Origin: an uncultured Phycisphaerales bacterium | GTDB taxonomy: Bacteria > Planctomycetota > Phycisphaerae > Tepidisphaerales > Tepidisphaeraceae | DNA: 64,000 bases | NCBI GenBank assembly: GCA_963758525.1 | Contig: CAVWVQ010000003.1 | Location: 64,001-128,000, forward strand | Direction: 5' to 3' | Shown here: positions 55,446 through 64,000 of the stretch, piece after piece | How the letters are laid out: every line of letters begins with the position of its first letter | Numbering within the stretch: the stretch's first letter is position 1 | The notes under the pieces: generated by a model | Told to the model about the DNA's origin: nothing | Database searches by the model: none | The model's input: only the letters and a program-made list of their open reading frames with translations | Translations under genes and position numbers: made by a program

Positions 55446-56612
55446 ATGAAAGCGAATGAATGTGTGCTATCCTCAACGGAGTCGATGTGGAGGAGTTTTA
55501 TGGTGCAATCTTGGTGGCGTCTATCGGCGTTGGGAGTCTGTTGTGTCATCGGCGTCAGCGCGATTGCCAGCGCGGTCGAGCCGGTCGCGTGCAAATGCCC
55601 GATGGGCCGCGACTATTTTCTGTACGCGCCGCAAACACCTGATGCGGGCAAGACGTATTTCCTTGTCGTTGGCGCACACGGGTTCAGGGGGTCGGGAAAA
55701 GACGTGAATCTGAGCGAATGGGCGGAGCGGGGGGACTGCATCGGAGCCTCGCCGAGCTTTCCCAACGGATACCAGATTCTTGCGGATGAGACGGATCGTC
55801 AAGTGATCGGCATCGCTCAACAGCTTTCCAAAAAATACAAGCTGTTTCCAAAGTTCTTTTTGCTCGGGCATTCGGGAGGGGGGCAGTTCGTTCATCGCTT
55901 TGTCCTGGCTCACCCCGAACTGGTGCTGGGATGCGTTGCCACTTCCAGCGGGACCTGGGCCGAGGCGCTGAACCCTGCCGCCGCCCGCATTCCGATTGCG
56001 ATCGGGTGCGGCGAAGCCGACAACCAGAAAACAGGCCCCGATGCCCCGTATACGCGCATCGAGTGGGCTCACCGCTTCGAGCATCTGCTGATGCAGGGCG
56101 ATTATTTCTACACAGCTCATTTCTGGAAGGGCGCCGGCCATGGGGGCGATGCCAGGGATATTCACCAGATGGAGCTGGACACGTTCGCGCTGGGCTCGTG
56201 CGGGATGTTCGAGCAGGCGAGGCAGGAGATCGATGGCAAGCTAGCCGACGCGGAGGCCGGGATCACGGCGGAGGACTACGGCAAGAGCGTTGCCGACGTG
56301 ACGGATGTGATGGAGCAAGCGAAGTCCCTGACCTCGGTCGAAGTTTCCAAATCGCTGGAGTCCGCACACTGGCACGCGAACCATGTTGTTCCGGAAAACT
56401 GCGTGAAGCTGGCGCGCGGCTACGTCTCTTTCCGCACGACGCCGCTCCTGGCGCGGCTGCAGACGGCAGGACTGGCGCGGGTGGCGGCGCTGCAGAAGCA
56501 GGGAGATGCCGACGCCGTGGAGAAGCTTGGGAAATTGAAGCAGGATTTCCAGGGAATCGCCCGCGTGAAACAGGCCGCCGACGCGGCCCTGCGCCGGCTG
56601 GAGCAGAAGTAG
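55446..56612 (+). CDS. Secreted alpha/beta hydrolase
   Basis: LLGHSGGGQFVHRF, GCGEAD, GAGHG. Confidence 0.75.
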   Translation: MKANECVLSSTESMWRSFMVQSWWRLSALGVCCVIGVSAIASAVEPVACKCPMGRDYFLYAPQTPDAGKTYFLVVGAHGFRGSGKDVNLSEWAERGDCIGASPSFPNGYQILADETDRQVIGIAQQLSKKYKLFPKFFLLGHSGGGQFVHRFVLAHPELVLGCVATSSGTWAEALNPAAARIPIAIGCGEADNQKTGPDAPYTRIEWAHRFEHLLMQGDYFYTAHFWKGAGHGGDARDIHQMELDTFALGSCGMFEQARQEIDGKLADAEAGITAEDYGKSVADVTDVMEQAKSLTSVEVSKSLESAHWHANHVVPENCVKLARGYVSFRTTPLLARLQTAGLARVAALQKQGDADAVEKLGKLKQDFQGIARVKQAADAALRRLEQK

Positions 56613-56696
56613 GGGCTGGACTTTCCGCTATCAGACAAATGTTTGCAAGACTGGTTTTCCAGACAAAGTCTGACGAAAAACCAAAAGGACCAGGAA

Positions 56697-58012
56697 ATGC
56701 CCGATCCGTTCTATCGATTCTTCCGGACGATCGGCCGCCGTTGGGAGAACCTGGGGCAGCGCAGACTCTCTTCCGGGAGGCCGCCGTCGGTCAATGGAAC
56801 GGCTCTGTGTGACCAGGCCCGCGAGGCGCTACGCCAGCATGTCATCGACACACTGGTGCCGCGCTGTCTCGACGAGGAGTACGGCGGGTTTCTCGTCGAC
56901 TTCGACGACCGGTGGAACGCCGCCGGGCGCACGACAAATCTCTCGAGCACGCCGCCCGCACAACCCGCGCGTTCGCGCTGCTCGACGAGGCTTATCCCGG
57001 CCAGGGATACGACCGCTTCGTCCTCCACGGCTGCAAGTTTCTCACCGAAGCGATGTGGGACCACGCGCACGGCGGCTTCTACGCCCGCGTTGACCGCGCA
57101 GGCCGCCCACGATGGGAAGGATTGAAACATCCGCACGCGGTGACGTATGCCGCCGAGACGTTTCTGCTGGCGGCGCCTTACCTTCCGCCAGACCAGGGCG
57201 TGATGTGGGCGAACCGCGCCCTCGACTGGCTCGACCAGGTTGCGTGGGATCCAACCCACGGGGGCTACTGGGGCTCTTTCCGGCGGGACAATGAGCGCTA
57301 CCCCGACGGAGCAAAGCTGCCGACGCCAGATGGGCTGGACATCTTCGGCCTGACGCCCGGCTTCAAGGAGATCAATACCCAGGGCGACGCCATCGAGATG
57401 CTGACTCGCTTCCAGGCGCGTCGCCCCGACCCGCGCCACGCCGCACGGCTCGACTGGCTGGTCGATCTCGTCACCCAACGGCTGGTGCAGCCCGGCGGGG
57501 TCCTGCCGTACCGCTACCTGCGCGACTGGCGGACGTCTCCGGATCTGATTCGGGTCGGCTATCAGTTCCTGATGGCCCGCCACCTGCACCAGGCCGTTGC
57601 GGGAAAAGGGATGTCCAGCGTTACAACCACGGTGTGCGACATGGTGGATTTTTGCCTGAAATGGGCACGCCATCCCTCCGGCGGATTCTGCTACGCCGTC
57701 ACATCTGAAGGTAGAAGCTGGCCATCGAGCAGCCCCTCCTGCGACCAACGCCAATGGTGGGTGCAGATTGAAGCCGTCTACACGCTGCACGTGCTCGCCA
57801 ACGATCCCGCGCTGGAACCCGCGCAGCGGGCACGATACCACCAGGCCCGCGATGCGGAATGGGCATTCCTGCAAAACGTGTTCTTCGACAATCGCCACGG
57901 CGGCGTCCGCGCCGAGCCCCTCGACTTCACGGCCTCATCGCCCCTCAAAATGCACTGCTGGAAGGACCCCGGCCACGAGGTTGGCGCGTTCATCGCGTTA
58001 AGCTGTGTCTGA
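56697..58012 (+). CDS. AGE family epimerase (cellobiose/GlcNAc 2-epimerase-like; frameshift near 56930)
   Basis: LDEEYGGF, WDHAHGGFY, WDPTHGGY, QWWVQIEA, WKDPGH. Confidence 0.8.
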
Positions 58013-58014
58013 AA

Positions 58015-58304
58015 CGCTATGGGGATTGTATCGATCTCCGAAGCGCTGTCCCACTCGATGCGAAGAACCGGGGGTGCAAGCACCGCCCAGCGTTCAACCC
58101 AACCGCTATGCACCGGTCCGGGAGGCCCGCTTCTTCTCCAATAGCTGGTCGGCGCCGGCAAACGCCGAGGGTGCTCGCACCCTCGGTCTTTTCGAAACCG
58201 AATGCAGGAATGCGACGAGAAGCTGCGCAGCTGGATGTCCTCGATCAGTCGTTGCCGAAGTGCCGTCATCAAACGCTCCTGTAAAAGAAGGGCCTGATCC
58301 CCTT
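58015..58304 (-). mobile_element. Relic of an integrase-associated (IS91-like) element, copy 1
   Basis: About 265-bp direct repeat of 60536-60811; AGGAG + MTALRQRLIEDIQLR (N-terminus of a tyrosine integrase); CAATCCCCATAGCG at the distal end. Confidence 0.6.
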
Positions 58305-58447
58305 AATTTCCCCCCCCTTAATTTTTCGGGTCAGGACCGATCAAACCGGTTTCCTTTTTTGGCGGGGACGGCAAGCAGTTGTAAACGAGCCGCCTGATCG
58401 AGAGTATGGTTTGGCGCGACGGAGCCGAACCTTCGGAACCTGCAGCC

Positions 58448-60432
58448 ATGAAACCTCACCGCATATTGTCGCTTCTGTCCATCGTTTTCATTGTTGTCTC
58501 GCCGCTGTCGGGCCAGGAAGCGATAGTTGGCAAGCCGGAGATTTTCCCCGATGCGACGGCGAAAGCCGGCGACAATCCGGCGTTTATTGATAAAGCCGGC
58601 ATCGCCCTGGCCGAGCCTTTTGATCTGCGACAGGTGCGGCTGCTCGACGGGATTTTTAAAGCCGCCCAAGTGGCGGACGAGAAGTTTCTGCTCTCGCTCG
58701 ATCCCGACCGCCTGCTGCACAACTTTCGCATCAATGCCAAACTCCCTTCGACGTCCATGCCTTATGGTGGATGGGAAGCTCCGGGTTTCGGCATCCGGGG
58801 GCATTTTACAGGCCATTACCTCTCGGCCTGCGCGGAGATGTATGCATCGACCGGCGACGGAAAGTTCAATGACCGGGGCAGGTACATGGTGGCTGAACTC
58901 GCAAAATGCCAGGCGGCGATGGGGACCGGCTATCTGTCTGCGTTCCCAAGCAGCGTGTTTGACCGCATCGAAACCAAGTCCGCTGCCGGTTCTTCCGCGC
59001 CATACTACGCCGTGCACAAAATCATGGCGGGCTTGCTCGATCAATACCACTACTGTGGCAATCAGCAGGCCATCGCGGTGCTCTGCAGGATGGCGGACTA
59101 CTTCAAAGGCCGCCTTTCCAGACTGACGCCGGACCAGATCGAGTCTGCATTGTTCACCAGCAACGCTGGTCCTCAGCCCCGTCATGAGATGGGGGGCATG
59201 TCGGAAGTCATCCACAACTTGTACGCCGTCACGGGCAAGCCCGAATATTTGGAATTGGCCAATACGTTCGATCGCGCCTGGTTCCTTGACCCGCTGGCAA
59301 ACGGTAAGGATCAGTTAAGTGGTGAGCACGCCAACACGCACATCCCCGAGGTCACCGGGTTCGCCCGCCGGTACGAGGTGACCGGTGACGAGCGCTATCG
59401 CCACGCGGCCGAATTCTTCTGGACGCAGGTCACGCGGCATCATTCCTACGTCACAGGCGGCAACAGCCGGGGCGAAGTGTTTTTGAAGCCGGATGAAGAA
59501 GCGAACGCGCTTCGCGATGACACCGCCGAGACATGCAACGTCTACAACATGCTCAAGCTCACGCAGCATCTGTTCACCTGGAAAGCGGATGTCCCCACCG
59601 CTGATTATGATGAGCGCGCCATTTACAATCACATTCTCAGTTCGATCGATTCCGACAGCGGCGCGATGGCCTACTACCTGTCGCTCAAGCCGGGTCACTA
59701 CAAGCTCTATGGAACGCTCGACACCGCCTTCTGGTGCTGCACGGGCACCGGAATAGAAAATCACGCCAGGTACGGCAACTCAATCTACTTCCACCACGCG
59801 GACGCTCTCTGGGTGAATCTCTTCATCCCCTCGCGACTGTCGTGGGAGGAGAAGGGTGTCTCGCTGATCCAAAACACCAATTATCCGGCCGATGGTCAGT
59901 CCACGCTTACGTTCACCACCGCACGACCCACGCGGCTGAAGCTGCTGCTGCGATATCCTGGCTGGGCCAGGCTGGGAGCGACCGTCAGCATCAATGGTCA
60001 GGAGCAGAGGGTCACCGAACCACCTGGAACATTTATTTCCATCGATCGAGCCTGGCAGAGCGGGGACGAAATCACGCTAAACATTCCCCTTGAGCTGCGT
60101 CTTTATCATCCGATCGATAACGCAAGGATGATCGCGATCATGTATGGCCCCGTCGTCCTCGCCGGCACCTCGGTCGAGCCGGCATCTCACACGATGACAA
60201 AAGCGCCGACCATCGCGCCTTCTTCAAGGAACCCGACCCAGCCGCCCCAATTCTCTCGGGCGACAGCAGCAATCTCGCTTCATGGATCAAGCCCGTTGCG
60301 GGCGAACCACTGCACTTCACCACAGTGAGCGCCGGGCAACCCAACATCATTCCGCTGAGACCCTTCTATGAAATTCATCACGACCGCTACACGGTCTACT
60401 GGCATTTCGTCGACTCCAGCCAGGTAAAGTAA
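58448..60432 (+). CDS. GH127 beta-L-arabinofuranosidase-like protein (frameshift near 60165)
   Basis: YGGWE, GHFTGHYLSA, HEMGGM, HANTHIP, ETCNVYNMLKL, FWCCTGTGIEN; shifted tail ends RYTVYW. Confidence 0.92.
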
Positions 60433-60535
60433 CTTCGACTCGATGCGACGGTTTCCCGCAGCAAGCGATCTGCGGCAAGGCACGTCCAAACCACGCGGAT
60501 ACCGCCCCGGCCCGGGTAGAACTAAAGGCGCGGGT

Positions 60536-60811
60536 CGAAGCGCTGTCTCACTCGATGCGAAGAACCGGGGGTGCAAGCACCGCCCGGCGTTCAACCCAAC
60601 CGCTATGCACCAGTCCGGGAGGCCCGCTCATTCTCCAATAGCTGGTCGGCGCCGGCGAACGCCGAGGGTGCTCGCACCCTCGGTCTTTTCGAAATCGAAT
60701 GCAGGAGTTCCACCGAGTGCGCCGACAAGTTGCGCAGCTGGATGTCCTCGATCAGTCGTTGCCGAAGTGCCGTCATCAAACGCTCCTTAAAAGAAGGGAC
60801 CTGACCCCCTT
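60536..60811 (-). mobile_element. Relic of an integrase-associated (IS91-like) element, copy 2
   Basis: Direct repeat of 58039-58304; MTALRQRLIEDIQLRNLSAHS. Confidence 0.6.
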
Positions 60812-61208
60812 CGCATTTTCCGAACAAACACAAAAACACAAAAAGGGGTTGGAGAGGCGACGCGTAACAGCATAGTGAATCGGAAGCTGCTCTCCTCCCA
60901 GGGCTCTCTTTTTTTTGTGTCGTTTGCAGGTCGTCGTGGCAATTACTCTTTCGGACTGGCGCGGCTGGGAACCGGCGAAGGAGGTGCAGCGTGAACCGCC
61001 GTGTTCGGCTGCTCACGACGAGTCGCTCGCGGGGGTCGTACCCCAGCCGTGACGAATCGTAATTTCTCGCACCTTTCAGCTCCAAAGTAAAAGGCTTTTT
61101 GCAGCATAATCGGGGGCACAAGGGCGGGGAGTGTTCTCCGTTGTTCAATTTTTCTTTTTCGCGTCCGGGTTTTTCTTGACCTCATACACTAAGTAGTTAC
61201 ACTTAGTC

Positions 61209-61532
61209 ATGAGGAGGAATGCCATGAAGCTTCCCAATCACCCCACTCTGCTGCGGCGGATGCGGGACGCCAGGGTCAAGGAACTTGTCCCGCGATGTCC
61301 GCCCCTGGCCGCATCCCTTGGCACGCAACGCGGCGGCGGCTGCCAGTTGACCCTCAAGCGCCGCGGCAAGACCCGTACGGTCTACGTCCCCAAGGATCTC
61401 AAGGATGAGGTGGAGGCATGGGTGCAGGAACATCGGCGGCTCAAACGTCTGCTGCAGGAGATCACCAATTTGCAGCTGGCCCTGATCCAACTGCACCGGA
61501 CCGACAAAGCCCGGCGCGCCGGCAGGGTTTAG
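61209..61532 (+). CDS. IS accessory protein (DUF6788-like)
   Basis: QLTLKRRGKTRTVYVP...EVEAWVQEHRRLKRLLQEI. Confidence 0.7.
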   Translation: MRRNAMKLPNHPTLLRRMRDARVKELVPRCPPLAASLGTQRGGGCQLTLKRRGKTRTVYVPKDLKDEVEAWVQEHRRLKRLLQEITNLQLALIQLHRTDKARRAGRV

Positions 61533-62839
61533 ACCTGGGCGCGACACTGGCCAGGACGGTCAGCCATTTCTTCCCCGATCTGTTCCAATGGCTCGGGGAA
61601 GTGGGCGACAAACGCGACCAGGACGCCATCACTTATGGCCGGCGGTTCCTGACCTGGATGGGCCTGATGCTCTTCCTGCTCAAGCTCGGCTCGCGCCGAA
61701 GGCTGCGTTTTGAGCTGGACACGCCCGAGGCGCTGGCCAATCTCAATGCGCTCTCCCGCGCAGAGCAGGAGACGATGGCCCACTCCGACACCCTGAACTA
61801 TTTCCTGGGGCGGGTGCCCGCGGCGTCTTTGCCGCTGCTGCGGCGGAAAATGGTCCAACGCCTGATCCGCATGAAAGCCCTGGACAACGGCCGGCTCATG
61901 GGCCACTTCCTGGTGGTCTTCGATGGCACCGGGCAACTGCGTTTCAACCAGCGTCATTGCCCCCAGTGCCTGGAGCAAAAGCACGGCGAGACGACGCTCT
62001 ATTTCCACAATGTGCTGGAGGCCAAGCTGGTCACCCCCGAAGGCCTCGCCATCTCCCTGGAAAGCGAGTTCGTCGAGAATGCCGATCCCAAGGCCAGCAA
62101 GCAGGACTGTGAACTGAAGGCTTTTGCCCGCCTGGCCAAGCGGCTCAAGAAGAGCTATCCCCAATTGTCGCTGTGCCTCTGTTTCGACGCCCTCTACGCC
62201 AACGGCACGGCGATGGACATCTGCCGTAAAAACTGCTGGAAGTATTTCATCACCTTCAAGGAAGGATCGATGCCGGCTTTCTGGCAGGAATATCAGAGTC
62301 TTCTGGCGATGTGTCCCAAGAACCGCAAGACCCAAAGAACCGACGACGGCGTCCGCCAAACCTTCGCCTGGGTCGGACAATTGGAACATGTCGACGACCA
62401 GAAGCGGCGCCACCGCGTCAACGCCTTCCAGTGCCGGGAAAAGCTCGACGGCCAAACCCGCCTCTTTGCCTGGCTCACCAACTGGTCGGTCAACGCCGAC
62501 AGCGTTGCGACCCTGGGCAACCGCGGAGGACGGTGCCGCTGGAAAATCGAAAACGAAGGATTCAACCTCCAGAAGAACGGCGGGTTCAACCTGGAGCATG
62601 CCTACAGCATCGGCTCATTGCAGATCAAGAACTTCTACATCCTGTTGCAGATCGCCCATCTGATCCTGCAACTTGTCGAACGCGGCAGCCTGCTGACGCG
62701 ACAGGCCAAGCAGCTCTTTGGCTCCCTGGCCAATCTGGCCCGACGCCTCGCCGAAAGCATCCGCAACGTCCTGATTGCCGCCGACGCCACCGACCCGACC
62801 CGCGCCGCCAAAATCCAGATACGGCTCAATACCTCCTGA
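61418..62839 (+). CDS. DDE transposase (start uncertain)
   Basis: VVFDGTG, KQDCELKAF, CFDALYA, RWKIENEGFNLQKNGG.NLEH. Confidence 0.9.
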   Translation: MGAGTSAAQTSAAGDHQFAAGPDPTAPDRQSPARRQGLDLGATLARTVSHFFPDLFQWLGEVGDKRDQDAITYGRRFLTWMGLMLFLLKLGSRRRLRFELDTPEALANLNALSRAEQETMAHSDTLNYFLGRVPAASLPLLRRKMVQRLIRMKALDNGRLMGHFLVVFDGTGQLRFNQRHCPQCLEQKHGETTLYFHNVLEAKLVTPEGLAISLESEFVENADPKASKQDCELKAFARLAKRLKKSYPQLSLCLCFDALYANGTAMDICRKNCWKYFITFKEGSMPAFWQEYQSLLAMCPKNRKTQRTDDGVRQTFAWVGQLEHVDDQKRRHRVNAFQCREKLDGQTRLFAWLTNWSVNADSVATLGNRGGRCRWKIENEGFNLQKNGGFNLEHAYSIGSLQIKNFYILLQIAHLILQLVERGSLLTRQAKQLFGSLANLARRLAESIRNVLIAADATDPTRAAKIQIRLNTS

Positions 62840-63062
62840 CCGGCAAGCTGTACGCATGACCGGCATGGAACCCGCCCGATTCGCCAACTTGCATTCCCCA
62901 GACAGCCGTGGGGCAGCTCTCCGTACGCGCCGTGCAAACCCGGTTCACCTCGATCCGCCGCCGTAAGGCTTCACGGCCCTACGATTCGTCACGGCTGGTC
63001 GTACCCCCCTGCCGTCGCTTTTAACGTCTGCTCGCGGTAAATTGTGGCAAGGAGATCGCCTG

Positions 63063-64000
63063 ATGATTGAACGTCGACCTACACGGAAAGTAGTGGTTGG
63101 GGACGCGGCACATGGATTTGTCGCGATCGGCGGGGATGCGCCGGTTTCGGTCCAGTCGATGACGGCTGGCTACACGTACGACATCGAAAGCTGCGTCGCC
63201 GAGATTCATAAACTGGCGGCCGCGGGCGCGGACTTGGTGCGCGTGGCGGTGCCGGAGCGGAAGGATACCGATGCGCTGCGCGAGATTCTGCCGCGGGTGC
63301 AGGTGCCGATCGTCGCGGATGTGCATTTTCATTTTCAGCGGGCGCTTGAGGCGCTCGAGGCGGGCGTTCACAAAATTCGCCTCAACCCGGGGAACATCAA
63401 CGACCGCGCGCAGGTCATTGATGTCATCCAGGCCTGCAAGGCGAAGAAAGTGCCGATCCGCATCGGGGTCAATGAAGGGTCCATCGTCGAGCGCCGCGAC
63501 AAGCAGAAGCGGATGAAGGAACTGGGCGGCGTCTTCTCCAACAACAAGAACGGCCATTTCCTGGCGATCATGATCGCCAAGCTCGAAGAGTATCTGGAGA
63601 TCTTTCAGGAGCAGGATTTTCACGACATCGTGATCAGTGCCAAGAGCATCGATCCGCTGCTGGTGATCGACGCATATAAGGAGATCAGCAAGCGGTTCGA
63701 TTATCCGCTGCATCTTGGCGTGACTCATGCCGGGCCGAAGGAGACGGGGGCGATCCGCTCGGTAGTTCCGCTGGGGCATCTGCTCTGCAGCGGCATCGGC
63801 GACACCATCCGCATCAGCTACGCCAACGATCCCATTTACGAAGTGCAGGACGGACTGGAGCTGTGCTACGTGCTGGGTCTGCGAACGCGCTGGGCGCGGA
63901 GCTGATCGCATGTCCGACCTGCGGGCGGATTCAGGTCGATCTCTTCACGCTGGTGCAGGACGTCCGCAAGGAACTGGCCAAAGAGATTCGTCTGCCGATC
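63063..64000 (+). CDS. ispG: (E)-4-hydroxy-3-methylbut-2-enyl-diphosphate synthase, 3' partial (frameshift near 63890)
   Basis: IGGDAPVSVQSM, ADVHF, RLNPGNI, IRIGVNEGS, YPLHLGVTHAG, GIGDTIRIS, then IACPTCGR in the shifted frame. Confidence 0.96.

Larger units (their letters stand above)
61044..62997 (+). mobile_element. Complete insertion sequence (DDE, ISAs1/IS4-clan-like)
   Basis: Perfect 18-bp IRs CAGCCGTGACGAATCGTA; target duplication GTCGTACCC at 61035-61043 and 62998-63006. Confidence 0.93.

Noticed and set aside
57778..58272. Functional integrase gene
   Set aside because: Only the first 15-20 codons resemble an integrase; no catalytic R-H-R-Y region.
61520..61535. Programmed -1 frameshift joining the IS ORFs at GGGTTTA
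   Set aside because: The heptamer is in register with the downstream frame, not the upstream ORF, so it does not fit X XXY YYZ slippage.
60850..63020. tRNA/tmRNA/SRP RNA interrupted by the IS (GGCGACG...GGGGGTCGTACCCCCCTGCCGTCGCT)
   Set aside because: No TTCRA T-loop, no CCA, no anticodon arm and no CAGG..GGAA..AGCAG SRP core; only a generic hairpin.

Overview
High-GC bacterial chromosomal segment, almost certainly Planctomycetota and probably Phycisphaerae/Tepidisphaerales. Evidence: the PSCyt1-DUF1549/DUF1553 + DUF1501 pair, several exbD copies, BatA/vWA, Hc1, dapL, and Zn-ribbon membrane proteins. Most of it is housekeeping: ruvAB, queF, sppA, fabZ-like, ilvE, lolD-lolC/E-lysS, dapL, folK, panC, lgt, dapB, thrC, ppk2, adk, ispG. 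About 12 single-site frameshifts occur, including in ruvB, ispG and lolD; they look like long-read indel errors rather than pseudogenes. Notable accessory content: (1) an integrase-less, integron-like cassette array at about 37.3-39.8 kb with attC-like hairpins, including an orphan PD-(D/E)xK-type nuclease; (2) a four-helix-bundle gene between lysS and lolC/E, bracketed by perfect 24-bp inverted repeats, with the same repeats recurring gene-less at 41.9-42.2 kb as part of a large set of intergenic inverted short-tandem-repeat and REP families; (3) a LolD ATPase with an in-frame hydrophobic insertion of about 110-120 aa; (4) a DEDDh-exonuclease-WYL fusion; (5) a GH127 gene flanked by two ~270-bp relics of an integrase/IS91-like element; (6) a complete DDE IS with 18-bp inverted repeats and a 9-bp target duplication upstream of ispG; (7) three toxin-antitoxin loci. 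No rRNA, tRNA or CRISPR array was found. All family calls come from motif recognition by eye, not database searches.
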